A DNA stretch of 30,507 nt, from the NCBI GenBank assembly GCA_036382495.1, contig DASVHS010000314.1, positions 1 through 30,507 of the forward strand. Direction: 5' to 3'. A program made the translations under genes and the position numbers. Within the stretch, counting starts at the first letter, position 1, and every line of letters starts with the position of its first letter. Shown piece by piece: positions 9,168 to 17,997 of this stretch. The DNA is from Thermoanaerobaculia bacterium. GTDB taxonomy: Bacteria > Acidobacteriota > Thermoanaerobaculia > Gp7-AA8. The notes below the pieces were generated by a model that searched no databases, was not told the origin of the DNA, and was given only the letters and a program-made list of their open reading frames with translations.

Positions 9168-10475
9168 ATGAATCTCCTCATCCAAAACGGCCGCGTCATC
9201 GACCCCAGTCAGGGTCTCGACGCGAAGCTCGACGTCCTGATCGAGGACGGCTCGATCGCGAGGGTCGACAAGAAGATCAAAGCAGACGTCGAGACGATCG
9301 ATGCCACCGGCCTGATCGTGACGCCGGGCTTCATCGACCTGCACACGCATCTGCGCGAGCCGGGGCAGGAGCACAAGGAGACGATCGCCACCGGCACGCG
9401 CGCCGCGGTGGCGGGCGGCTACACGGCGGTCTGCGCGATGGCGAACACCGTTCCGCCGAACGACGAGCGTGCCGTCACCGAGATGGTGCTCGCCGAATCC
9501 GCCCGCAATGGCGTGTGCCGCGTCTACCCGATCGGTGCGGTCAGCCGCGGTCTGAAAGGTGAAGCGCTCGCCGAGCTCGCCGAATTGCGCGCCGCCGGCT
9601 GTGTCGCGGTCAGCGACGATGGGAAGCCGGTTTGCAACGCGCAGCTGATGCGCCGCGCACTCGAATACTCGTCGATGCTGGGCATGCCCGTCATCGCACA
9701 CGAAGAGGACGCCAACCTCAACGAAGGGGGCGTCATGCACGAGGGCTACTACTCCACACTCCTCGGCCTTTACGGGATTCCGGCGGCCTCGGAAGAGACG
9801 ATGGCCGCGCGCGACGTGATCCTGGCGCGGATGACCGGGGGCCACGTGCACATCGCGCATCTGTCGACGGCCGGTGCGATCGATGTCGTTCGCGCGGCGC
9901 GGAAAAGCGGCGTGAATGTGACGTGCGAGGTGACGCCGCACCACATCGCCCTGACGGACGAGGACGTGCAGTCGTTCTCGACGAACCTCAAGATGAACCC
10001 ACCGCTTCGATCGGCAGCTCATCGAGACGCGTTGCTCGACGCGATCGCGGACGGAACCGTCGACGCCATCGCCACCGATCACGCGCCGCATCATTTCGAC
10101 GAGAAGAATGTGGAGTTCGACCTCGCGCCGTTCGGGATCATCGGACTGGAGACCGCATTCGCGATCTGCCACGAACGGCTCGTGCGCTCGAAGGTGATCG
10201 GACTGGCGAGGTTGATCGAGTTGTTGTCGAGCGGTCCGGCGCGAGTGTTCAATCTGCCCGGAGGAACTCTCGCGGAAGGCAGCGCCGGCGACGTCACGCT
10301 CGTCGATGTCGATGCCCGGTACCAGATCACGAATACGTTCCGCTCGAAAGCATCGAACTCGCCGTTCATCGGCGAGACCGTTCACGGCCGGGTCATCGCC
10401 ACGATCGTCGCCGGCGTCATGCGCTACGACACGCGCGAATCGCACCCGGCGCCGAAGAGAAAAGCGCGGAAATGA
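9168..10475 (+). CDS. pyrC: Dihydroorotase (long type)
   Basis: DLHTHLREPG, KMNPPLR and IATDHAPH motifs; located after pyrB. Confidence 0.95.
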   Translation: MNLLIQNGRVIDPSQGLDAKLDVLIEDGSIARVDKKIKADVETIDATGLIVTPGFIDLHTHLREPGQEHKETIATGTRAAVAGGYTAVCAMANTVPPNDERAVTEMVLAESARNGVCRVYPIGAVSRGLKGEALAELAELRAAGCVAVSDDGKPVCNAQLMRRALEYSSMLGMPVIAHEEDANLNEGGVMHEGYYSTLLGLYGIPAASEETMAARDVILARMTGGHVHIAHLSTAGAIDVVRAARKSGVNVTCEVTPHHIALTDEDVQSFSTNLKMNPPLRSAAHRDALLDAIADGTVDAIATDHAPHHFDEKNVEFDLAPFGIIGLETAFAICHERLVRSKVIGLARLIELLSSGPARVFNLPGGTLAEGSAGDVTLVDVDARYQITNTFRSKASNSPFIGETVHGRVIATIVAGVMRYDTRESHPAPKRKARK

Positions 10476-10861
10476 AACGGATCGTCGTCGTCGACGACTC
10501 TCCGGCGTTCTGCGCACTCTGGTCGAACTTCATCGTCGAGCGATACGCCGACGTGGCCCGGGTCGAGTCCTACTCACATCCCTACGATGCTTTGCCGAAG
10601 ATCGACGACACGATCGACCTGCTCATCGTCGATCTGGAGATGCCCGGCATGGACGGCAAGAAATTCGTCGAATACGCCCGGCAGAAGGGCGTCCCGCCCA
10701 GCCACATCGTTGTGACCTCCTCGCACTCCGCGGAGGAATTGCACCAGCGGTTCCGGATCGGGGAAACCATCGCCGTGATCAACAAAACCGATCCCAAGCA
10801 GCAGGAGGCGTTTCTCATGATTCTGGACTCAGTGGTGAGGAAAAAGACGAAGGATGAATGA
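10472..10861 (+). CDS. Stand-alone response regulator receiver, coupled to pyrC
   Basis: MKRIVVVDDS...LIVDLEMPGMDG...VTS...INK; ATGA overlap with the pyrC stop. Confidence 0.88.
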   Translation: MKRIVVVDDSPAFCALWSNFIVERYADVARVESYSHPYDALPKIDDTIDLLIVDLEMPGMDGKKFVEYARQKGVPPSHIVVTSSHSAEELHQRFRIGETIAVINKTDPKQQEAFLMILDSVVRKKTKDE

Positions 10862-10914
10862 GGGATGAACGATGACGAACACGTGTCTGTGATTCATCCC
10901 TCATCCCTCAGCCC
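10846..10914. repeat. Degenerate palindromic heptamer element, GGATGAR/YTCATCC family
   Basis: gacgaaggatgaatgagggatgaacgatgac ... ttcatcc ctcatcc ctcagcc. Confidence 0.75.
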
Positions 10915-10939
10915 TATCCCTCCGTATAATCAGCTCGCA

Positions 10940-12388
10940 ATGACGGCCCAGGCCCAGGAACCCCGCCAACTGACGCTGAACGACCTGCTCGTCTACATGT
11001 CGAAGCAGCAGGCCTCGGATCTTCATTTGAAACCGATGCGTCCGCCGCTGATCCGCCTGCGCGGAAAGCTGCTGCCGGTCGCCGGGACGGAGCCGCTCAA
11101 GCCCGCCGATCTCGAGAAGATGCTCCTGCCGATCCTCAACCGCACGCAGCGAGAGAAGTTCGACTCGAACCAGTCGGTCGACTTCGGGTACGGCGTTCCC
11201 GGCGTGGCCCGCTTCCGCGGCAACATGTACATGCAGCGCGGTACGGTCGGCGCGGTGTTCCGCCGCATCCCGATCCAGATCATGACCGTCGATCAGCTTG
11301 AGTTGCCGTCTGCGATCGTCGACATGACGCAGATCCCCGATGGGCTCGTGCTCGTCACCGGACCGACGGGCTCCGGCAAGTCGACAACGCTCGCGGCGAT
11401 GATCCTCGAGATCGCCGAGCATGAGCCGCTGCACATCGTCACGATCGAGGACCCGATCGAGTTCCTCTTCATCGACCGCGTCGCCGCCATCTCGCAGCGC
11501 GAGGTCGGCACGGACACGCCGGCGTTCAAGGAAGCGCTTCGCAATGCGATGCGCCAGGACCCCGACGTGATCATGGTCGGCGAGATGCGCGACGTCGACA
11601 CGATTCAGACCGTCATGACCGCGGCCGAGACCGGGCATCTCGTGTTCTCGACGCTGCACACGAACAACGCCGCGCAGACGATCGACCGAATCATCGATGC
11701 GTTCCCGGCCGATCAGCACAAACAGATCCGCTCGCAGCTCGCGCTGGTCCTGCGCGGCATCGTCTCGCTGAAGCTCATCAAGACGAAGGAAGGTCAGATG
11801 ACCGCGGCGGTGGAGATCCTCAAGAACTCACCGCGCGTCGCCAAGCTGATCGAGGAAGGGCAGACCAAGGACATCCTCGAGGAGATGGAAAGCTCCGTCG
11901 GGCTTTATCGGATGCAGTCGATGAATCAATCGCTCATCGCGCTGCTCGTTCATCAGAAGATCAGTTACAAGGACGCGATGTTGCTGGCGTCCGACCCGGA
12001 CGACCTCTCGCTCAAAGTGCGCAAGCTCTTTCCGCAGATCGAAGATCGCGTCCGCCAGGGAGGAGACATGGCCCCGACGTATTCGGATTTCTCGCAGATC
12101 ACCGAGCTCATGGACATCAAGCGCCTCTATGAGGAGCAGGAAGTCCAGTGGCGCCAGCGCATGACCGACAAGGAAGAAGAGGTCGAGAACGTGAAGCGCG
12201 ATCTCGAGGGCGTTCGCCAGCAGGCCTCGGAGAACGAAGGCGGCGGCAAAGAGAAGGACGAGGAGATCGCACGGGTCCGCGGCGAGATGGAGCGGCTGCG
12301 CGCCGACGCCCAGGGCAAGATCGGCCAGCTCCAGGAGCGCATCAAGGAGCTCAATCAGAAGTTGATCGCGGCGGGAGTGAAGAAGTAG
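10940..12388 (+). CDS. PilT/PilU-family type IV pilus retraction-type ATPase with a C-terminal coiled-coil extension
   Basis: [30 protein letters not shown] and [10 protein letters not shown] motifs. Start moved to 10940, with TATAAT at 10925-10930. Confidence 0.92.
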   Translation: MTAQAQEPRQLTLNDLLVYMSKQQASDLHLKPMRPPLIRLRGKLLPVAGTEPLKPADLEKMLLPILNRTQREKFDSNQSVDFGYGVPGVARFRGNMYMQRGTVGAVFRRIPIQIMTVDQLELPSAIVDMTQIPDGLVLVTGPTGSGKSTTLAAMILEIAEHEPLHIVTIEDPIEFLFIDRVAAISQREVGTDTPAFKEALRNAMRQDPDVIMVGEMRDVDTIQTVMTAAETGHLVFSTLHTNNAAQTIDRIIDAFPADQHKQIRSQLALVLRGIVSLKLIKTKEGQMTAAVEILKNSPRVAKLIEEGQTKDILEEMESSVGLYRMQSMNQSLIALLVHQKISYKDAMLLASDPDDLSLKVRKLFPQIEDRVRQGGDMAPTYSDFSQITELMDIKRLYEEQEVQWRQRMTDKEEEVENVKRDLEGVRQQASENEGGGKEKDEEIARVRGEMERLRADAQGKIGQLQERIKELNQKLIAAGVKK

Positions 12389-12460
12389 GTCGCTGGGACG
12401 CTGGGTCGCTGGGTCGCCAGGCAAACCCCAGCGACCCAGCGACCGAGCGACCGAGCGACC
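12388..12460. repeat. Palindromic octamer element, GGTCGCTS family
   Basis: ggtcgctg ggacgctg ggtcgctg ggtcgcca ... cagcgacc cagcgacc gagcgacc gagcgacc. Confidence 0.95.
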
Positions 12461-12465
12461 CGACG

Positions 12466-12852
12466 ATGAGCACACGACCGTCCAGGCAACTCGAGACCTT
12501 TCCCAACTCCAATCCCGAGCGCGACTACGAGATCTCGTTCGAGGCGCCCGAGTTCACCTGCCTATGTCCGATGACCGGCCAGCCTGACTTTGCCACGATC
12601 CGCATTCGTTACATCCCCGATGAGCTTTGCGTCGAGCTGAAGTCACTGAAGCTGTATCTCTGGTCTTTCCGCGACGAAGGGACGTTCCACGAAGCCGTCA
12701 CGAACCGCATCGCGAACGACCTGATCGCCGCGCTCGATCCCCGTTTCCTGGAAGTGGAAGGCGACTTCTACATCCGCGGCGGGATCAAGACGAAGGTGAT
12801 GGTTCAGCATCACAAAGACGGAGCGCAGAGGGCAGTGCGCAGAGCGCTGTAG
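12466..12852 (+). CDS. queF: NADPH-dependent 7-cyano-7-deazaguanine (preQ0) reductase, type I
   Basis: [26 protein letters not shown] and FHE motifs; start at ATG 12466. Confidence 0.96.
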   Translation: MSTRPSRQLETFPNSNPERDYEISFEAPEFTCLCPMTGQPDFATIRIRYIPDELCVELKSLKLYLWSFRDEGTFHEAVTNRIANDLIAALDPRFLEVEGDFYIRGGIKTKVMVQHHKDGAQRAVRRAL

Positions 12853-12883
12853 TCTGCGCTCCGCCCTCTGCGCACTGCGCTCT
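12819..12883. repeat. Palindromic heptamer element, CAGAGSG family, overlapping the queF 3' end
   Basis: cggagcg cagaggg cagtgcg cagagcg ... cgctccg ccctctg cgcactg cgctct. Confidence 0.92.
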
Positions 12884-13910
12884 AAACCCCGGCGTCGCGT
12901 CTAAGCCGCCATCGCGCATTCACGCGGTCAACAAACGAAGAGCGTCCCCGCTCCAGCCATTCCGTCAACACATCGACACTGACCTCATCGAGCGCTTCCA
13001 CGATCGACAGACTGGCCGCTTCGGCGATCCGCGCGAGCGGCTTCTCCAGCTCCGCGACGACGCGCGCCGAGCGCGCCAGGATCGCCGCCAGATCGATCTC
13101 GTGCTCCATCGCCAGCATTCTCGTCGCCGTCATCGTGAGCAGGATCGACGCGTTCCAGTTGCTTTTCTCGTCCCAGCGCGGCGGCACGACGAAGTCGGCG
13201 ATTCCTGCTTCTGCGGCCAGCGCTGCGATGTGACGCTCGGTCGCGACGTGCACCGGTTCGAGATCCGCGTGAAACAGCGTCGCGTAGGTTTCGTGATCGC
13301 CGTCGAGCGAGAGCGACTGGGCGATGGCCTGCTTCGCCGTCGCGTCGATCGCGACCGGCAGCGCTGCCAGAAACGAGGCACCGCGCGACTTCGCACTCTC
13401 CGCGAGCGCGGCGAGCGCGGCGAGGTTCGTCGTCACCGGAAACATCACCGGCACCGCCACACCCCACGTCCCGGCCGCTTCGGCGAACAGCGAGTCGAGG
13501 CGATCGTATTCGAGCGGCCACGCCGCGATGACGATCGTGCTGTCGTCATGCGCCATCTGGGGCAGCGCACCCCGCGTCGAGACGAGGTGAATGGCGGGCA
13601 GGCCGCGCTCCGAGCAGAACGCCAGCACTTCCTCACCGCGCCGGAAAATCGCCTCGGCGAATTCCGCGGCGTCGATCAGGACCGGCGCCGCGATGCGGAC
13701 TGTCGATCGCTCCAGCTCGTCGGTCGTCCGCTCGCTGACGGTGACCTCGAGCTTGTCGCTCGCGCTCGCGCGCAGGTCGATGTAATCGATCGCCACCGGG
13801 GCCGAACGTCGCGCGCTGTACGGTGTCACGATCGTCGCGCCCCAGAACGGTGGCTCCGGAACCGTCACACGCCGGACGCGAAGCTGCGTCGATTTTCGAT
13901 AGACGATCAA
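12882..13910 (-). CDS. Hypothetical protein resembling a degenerate SPL-like radical SAM fold plus a PolX-type N-terminal helical domain
   Basis: TTG start overlapping the ribE stop (TTGA). Family resemblance is by eye only; no CxxxCxxC motif. Confidence 0.7.
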   Translation of the reverse strand: MIVYRKSTQLRVRRVTVPEPPFWGATIVTPYSARRSAPVAIDYIDLRASASDKLEVTVSERTTDELERSTVRIAAPVLIDAAEFAEAIFRRGEEVLAFCSERGLPAIHLVSTRGALPQMAHDDSTIVIAAWPLEYDRLDSLFAEAAGTWGVAVPVMFPVTTNLAALAALAESAKSRGASFLAALPVAIDATAKQAIAQSLSLDGDHETYATLFHADLEPVHVATERHIAALAAEAGIADFVVPPRWDEKSNWNASILLTMTATRMLAMEHEIDLAAILARSARVVAELEKPLARIAEAASLSIVEALDEVSVDVLTEWLERGRSSFVDRVNARWRLRRDAGV

Positions 13911-14512
13911 CCGCTGTCCCGGCCGAGGTACGGCGCGACGAGATTGCGGACGTACTTCGCCAGCATGTCGAACTCGAGGTTCACGCGGTCGCCGATGCGC
14001 GCGGAGCCGAGGTTCGTGCGGCGGAGAGTCTCGGGGATGAGCGCGGCGCCGAAGCTCGAAGCATCGGGATCGACGATCGTCAGCGAGACTCCGTCGACGG
14101 CGATCGATCCCTTGCTCACGACGAGCTGGATGAACTCGTCGGGAAAGGTCCACCGATAGACCGCGAAGTCGCCTTCCGACGCGATCGACGTCAGTGTTCC
14201 GACGGTGTCGATGTGACCCTGCACGATGTGGCCGCCGAGGCGATCGCCGATGGCAAGTGCACGCTCGACGTTGACGCGGGAGTCGCTGCCGAGCGAGCCC
14301 AGCGTCGTCTTCGCCAGCGTCTCGTTCGAAACGTCGGTGACGAAAGCGCCGCCGGCCTCAGGCAGCACTGTGAGACAGACGCCGTTGACGCACACACTCT
14401 CACCCCGCTCGTACGGTTCTTCGTCCGTGCTGCGCAGACGCAGTCGAGCGCCGTGCGAGAGTTTCTCGAACGCTTGAATCGTCGCGCTGTGATGGATGAT
14501 TCCGGTGAACAT
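13907..14512 (-). CDS. ribE: Riboflavin synthase alpha chain (RibE; RibC in E. coli nomenclature)
   Basis: MFTGII N-terminus; SVCVNGVCLTV, GGHIVQGHID and KGSIAVDGVSLT motifs. Confidence 0.97.
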   Translation of the reverse strand: MFTGIIHHSATIQAFEKLSHGARLRLRSTDEEPYERGESVCVNGVCLTVLPEAGGAFVTDVSNETLAKTTLGSLGSDSRVNVERALAIGDRLGGHIVQGHIDTVGTLTSIASEGDFAVYRWTFPDEFIQLVVSKGSIAVDGVSLTIVDPDASSFGAALIPETLRRTNLGSARIGDRVNLEFDMLAKYVRNLVAPYLGRDSG

Positions 14513-14514
14513 TT

Positions 14515-14584
14515 GATCAGATCGCAGATCGCAGATCGCAGATCGCGGCGGACTCCTGCGATCTGCGATCCGCCATCGGCGATC
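14515..14584. repeat. Palindromic heptamer element, GATCGCA family, filling the ribD-ribE gap
   Basis: gatcgca x3, gatcgcg ... tgcgatc tgcgatc cgccatc ggcgatc. Confidence 0.93.
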
Positions 14585-15641
14585 AGGTTGGGTACGCCGT
14601 GATCATGAGATCGCGGCCGACCAGCTCGGCGCGATCAAAGCGAAAGCGGTGAGCCTCTGTCAACCGGCGCGCACCGTCTCCGGAGAAAATCGAGGGTGCG
14701 CCGGCGCCGCCGACAACCATCGGCGCGACGAACACGATCATCTTCTGCCACAACTCTGAACGCAGAAAGTCGGAGATCACCTGCGCTCCTCCTTCGACGA
14801 TCACCGATTGAATGCCGCGCCCGTAAAGCTCGGACAGCACGCCGGCCAGATCCGCGCGGCCGCTCGTGCGAATGACCTCGACGTTCGGCGTTGCGTCGCG
14901 TTCCAACGACGAGAACAACAGCGTGCGGCCGCCATCGGCGAGCAGTTGCGAGTGCGGGGGCATGTTGCCGTCGCCATCGAGCACGACGCGCGTCCACGGC
15001 GTGATCGAGCCGGCCAGGCCCATCCTCCGTGTCAGGCGCGGGTTGTCCATACGAACCGTGCCGCTGCCGACGAGGATGGCGTCGTACTCCTCGCGCAACG
15101 CCAGACTGCGCTCGCGCGCTTCGTCGGCGGTGATCCACTGGCTGTCGCCGGTGATCGTGGCCAGCTTCCCGTCGAGTGTCATCGCCGCCTTGATCAGGAC
15201 GAACGGCAGCTGCCGCGATACCGCCCACACGAACTTTTCATTCAGCCGCCGCGCTTCCGCCTCGGCGACGCCGGTCGTCACATCGATTCCTGCTTCGCGC
15301 AGTCGTGCCATCCCGCGTCCGTTGACGATGTCGTGCGGATCGCTCATGGCGATGACGACTCGCGTGACGCCGGATGCGATCACGGCATCGACGCATGGCG
15401 GCGTACGGCCGTGATGCGCGCACGGTTCCAGCGTGACGTACATCGTGGCGCCGCGTGCATCGCCCGCGTTTTTCAGCGCTTCCACTTCCGCATGCGGCTC
15501 GCCGGCGCGTCGATGGAAGCCTTCGCCGATCACGGCGCCGTCGCGGATGAGCACGCAGCCGACCATCGGGTTCGGACTCACCGAGTAGCGGCCTCGCTCG
15601 GCAAGTGCGAGCGCTCGGTGCATGAATTGGTCGTCGGTCAC
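14583..15641 (-). CDS. ribD: Bifunctional diaminohydroxyphosphoribosylaminopyrimidine deaminase / reductase
   Basis: PNPMVGC, HAE, TLEPCAHHGRTPPC, TLDGK and VEGG motifs; GTG start 7 nt after TAGAAT. Confidence 0.97.
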   Translation of the reverse strand: MTDDQFMHRALALAERGRYSVSPNPMVGCVLIRDGAVIGEGFHRRAGEPHAEVEALKNAGDARGATMYVTLEPCAHHGRTPPCVDAVIASGVTRVVIAMSDPHDIVNGRGMARLREAGIDVTTGVAEAEARRLNEKFVWAVSRQLPFVLIKAAMTLDGKLATITGDSQWITADEARERSLALREEYDAILVGSGTVRMDNPRLTRRMGLAGSITPWTRVVLDGDGNMPPHSQLLADGGRTLLFSSLERDATPNVEVIRTSGRADLAGVLSELYGRGIQSVIVEGGAQVISDFLRSELWQKMIVFVAPMVVGGAGAPSIFSGDGARRLTEAHRFRFDRAELVGRDLMITAYPT

Positions 15642-15664
15642 GCCGCGGATTCTACGGGTTCACC

Positions 15665-15699
15665 AAAAGAAAAAGGGCAGGCCGTTTTCGACCTGCCCT
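15665..15699 (-). terminator. Intrinsic terminator of the HtrA gene
   Basis: On the minus strand: agggcagg-N10-cctgccct followed by ttttcttttg. Confidence 0.85.
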
Positions 15700-15725
15700 C
15701 TGCGCACTGCGCTCAGCGCTCTGTT
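15693..15725. repeat. Single-arm CAGAGSG heptamer array merged into the terminator stem
   Basis: ctg ccctctg cgcactg cgctcag cgctctg. Confidence 0.85.
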
Positions 15726-17294
15726 TTAAGGGATCGTCACATACCGATAGCTCGACAGCGGTGAGCCGGCGCCGCGCGTCGCGGTCGTCACGTACATCCG
15801 CACCTTCGAGCCGCTGTGCAGGTGGTCGATCGCGCTGCGGAAGTCGGTCGAATTCCCGACGCGCTGGCCCTGGACTTCGGTGATGACGTCGCCTTCGCCG
15901 ATGTTTGCGTCGGCGGCCGCGGAGACGGCCTTCACGCTCGTCACAACGACTCCGCCGCGCACGTCATCGGAGAGTCCGTACATCTGCTTGAGCTGCGGCG
16001 TCACGTCCTGGACCGACATACCCAGCTTGTTGCGCGCCGGCTCGGTCGGATTCGTCGAGGTCTCCTGGTTCGAAACGATCTCCAGCGGACGTTCAGCGGT
16101 GCGCGCCGTGACCGTCTGGCGCTGGCCGTTGCGAAGGACCGTGATGCGCACGTCGCTGCCGACGGGCAGGTACGAGATGTAGTCGATGAGGTCGCGGTTG
16201 CTGCGGATCGGCTTGCCGTCGAGCTCGGTGATCACGTCGCCGTGCTGGATGCCTGCCTTGTCCGCGGGCTTGCCCGGCGCCACGTTCTGCACGATCGCGC
16301 CGCGCGTGTCGGCCGGAAGGCTGAATGCCTCGCGGGCATCTTCGCCGACTTCGGTGATCGTCATGCCGAGGTAGCCGCGGGTGACTTTGCCCTGCTTGAG
16401 CTGCGGGAGAAGGCGCTTCGCGGTGTTGATCGGAGTCGCAAAGCCGAGGCCCTGCGCGCCGCCGCCGCGGATAGCGGTGTTGATGCCGACGACCTCGCCG
16501 TTGATGTTCATGAGCGGGCCGCCGGAGTTGCCGAAGTTGATCGCGGCGTCGGTCTGGATGAAGTTCTCGAACGAACGCGTCTCCTCGCTGAATCCGAGGG
16601 AGCGGCCCTTCGCCGAGATCACGCCGACGGTCAGCGTGTTTTCGAGCTGGAACGGGTTGCCGATGGCGATGGCCCAGTCACCCTTGCGGATGCGGTCCGA
16701 GTCGCCGAGGGCGATGTAGGGGAGGTTGTTCCCCGCATCGATCTTGACGAGGGCGATGTCGGTCGCCGGATCGCGGCCGATGATCTTCGCAGGCATCGTG
16801 CGTCCGCCGTTGCCGTTCTCGTCGGCGCCGAAGTGCACGTCGACGCGCGTGGCACCCTCGACGACATGGTTGTTCGTCAGGATGTAGCCGTCGGGCGAGA
16901 TGATGAAGCCCGAGCCGCCGCTGCGCTGCGGACGCTCGTCATCTCCGTCGTCGTTGTTGTTGCCCTGACCGTGCGGGCTGCGGCGCTGCGGGTTGCGCGG
17001 ATCGGGGAAAAAGAAATCGAAGGGATCGATCGTGCCGTTGCGGCGCTGATCGCTCTGATGGACGATCTCGGTCGTCGTGATCGAGACGACGGTCGGCATC
17101 GCGCGCGCTGCGACGTCGGCAAACGACGGGATCGTGACGGATGTGATCGGACCCTGCGCTGTCGTCACAGACGATGCGGTCTGTGCGTGCGACTGACGCA
17201 TGAATCCGAGATCGGCGGTGATGAGAACGCCGAAGGCAACGGACGCGATGATGATCGCCACCGTCGAAAGCAATTTTTTTGTGGATTGGTTCAT
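15726..17294 (-). CDS. htrA: HtrA/DegP/DegQ (Do-family) serine protease with two PDZ domains
   Basis: TNNHVV, TDIAL and TDAAINFGNSGGPL catalytic motifs; two C-terminal PDZ-like regions; GGGAGG upstream. Confidence 0.93.
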   Translation of the reverse strand: MNQSTKKLLSTVAIIIASVAFGVLITADLGFMRQSHAQTASSVTTAQGPITSVTIPSFADVAARAMPTVVSITTTEIVHQSDQRRNGTIDPFDFFFPDPRNPQRRSPHGQGNNNDDGDDERPQRSGGSGFIISPDGYILTNNHVVEGATRVDVHFGADENGNGGRTMPAKIIGRDPATDIALVKIDAGNNLPYIALGDSDRIRKGDWAIAIGNPFQLENTLTVGVISAKGRSLGFSEETRSFENFIQTDAAINFGNSGGPLMNINGEVVGINTAIRGGGAQGLGFATPINTAKRLLPQLKQGKVTRGYLGMTITEVGEDAREAFSLPADTRGAIVQNVAPGKPADKAGIQHGDVITELDGKPIRSNRDLIDYISYLPVGSDVRITVLRNGQRQTVTARTAERPLEIVSNQETSTNPTEPARNKLGMSVQDVTPQLKQMYGLSDDVRGGVVVTSVKAVSAAADANIGEGDVITEVQGQRVGNSTDFRSAIDHLHSGSKVRMYVTTATRGAGSPLSSYRYVTIP

Positions 17295-17441
17295 GACCTT
17301 TATGTTCCTCCCGGGCTAGCCTGCCTGTCGTTGGTTTGGATCGGCGGAGGCGGTGACGATCAGAGGTGCTGACGACCGCTTTTTATTCTCCACCCGCGGT
17401 CAATTGCAAGGGCCGCGGGGGTTGGTTCCGTCGCTAACGGA

Positions 17442-17512
17442 TGAGACGAACCGGCCGATGCAGGGTTTCGTCTTCTCCGCAAGGGGTACGAAAACCGTAA
17501 CGGTTCGTTGAA
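17442..17512 (-). promoter_or_regulatory. Two tandem ECF-sigma-type promoter motifs upstream of htrA
   Basis: TCAAC-N16-CGTA (17511-17487) and CGAAAC-N16-CGTC (17470-17445). Confidence 0.55.
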
Positions 17513-17514
17513 GG

Positions 17515-17547
17515 AAAACAAAAAAGGCCTCGCGAGCCGCGAGGCCT
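17515..17547 (-). terminator. Intrinsic terminator of the GlsB/YeaQ gene
   Basis: aaggcctcgcg-3 nt-cgcgaggcctt followed by a U-tract on the minus strand. Confidence 0.88.
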
Positions 17548-17571
17548 TCGTGAAATCCGGGAGAGGGAGAG

Positions 17572-17826
17572 CTATGCGACGGTACGGCGGCCGACGATCA
17601 GGCGATAGATGAACAGGAGAACCATGGCCCCGATGATCGATCCGATCCATCCGGCGGCCTGCTCCGGACGGCCCATGACGTTTGTGGCCAGGAAGCCACC
17701 CACGAACGAGCCGGCGATCCCGAGGAGAATCGTGACAATCCAACCACCCGGGTCACGGCCGGGCATGAGGAACTTGGCGATGACGCCTACGATTGCGCCG
17801 AAGATGATCCATCCGATAAAGCTCAT
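17572..17826 (-). CDS. GlsB/YeaQ/YmgE-family (transglycosylase-associated) small membrane protein
   Basis: WIIFGAIVGVIAKFLMPGRDPGGWIVTILLGIAGSFVGG...GWIGSIIGAMVLLFIY; GGAGG upstream. Confidence 0.93.
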   Translation of the reverse strand: MSFIGWIIFGAIVGVIAKFLMPGRDPGGWIVTILLGIAGSFVGGFLATNVMGRPEQAAGWIGSIIGAMVLLFIYRLIVGRRTVA

Positions 17827-17880
17827 GCTTTTTCCTCCAGCTTGTCAGGCCGGCACCACATCGCCGGCTGGCCACGATTG

Positions 17881-17897
17881 AGCAACGCCAATGCCAA
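17881..17897 (-). promoter_or_regulatory. Sigma-54 (-24/-12) promoter of the GlsB/YeaQ gene
   Basis: TTGGCA-ttggcg-TTGCT with exact GG-N10-GC spacing. Confidence 0.6.
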
Positions 17898-17902
17898 ACA
17901 CA

Positions 17903-17978
17903 ACAGAGGGCAGAGCGCAGAGGGCAGAGCGCGGGCGGTGGAACTCCTGCGCTCTGCCCACTGCCCTCTGCGCTCTGT
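17903..17978. repeat. Palindromic heptamer element, CAGAGSG family, between divergent genes
   Basis: cagaggg cagagcg cagaggg cagagcg ... cgctctg cccactg ccctctg cgctctg. Confidence 0.95.
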
Positions 17979-17997
17979 CTGCTAATCTTCACGACCC

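Noticed and set aside
12389-12465. preQ1 riboswitch upstream of queF
   Set aside because: The gap is the octamer palindrome, and the A-rich tail typical of preQ1-I is absent.
12819-12883. Right-arm units appear in the same order as the left arm (A B C D / A' B' C' D') rather than mirrored
   Set aside because: The other elements do not show this order, and with so few unit variants it is plausibly chance.
15642-15725. FMN riboswitch upstream of ribD
   Set aside because: The 84-bp gap is fully taken by a repeat arm, the htrA terminator and a -10 box 7 nt before the GTG; there is no RFN-like sequence.
17295-17570. A discrete sRNA or small ORF in the htrA upstream region
   Set aside because: The region is explained by a terminator, promoter motifs and a leader. 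The overlapping ORF 17360-17743 has no coding features.
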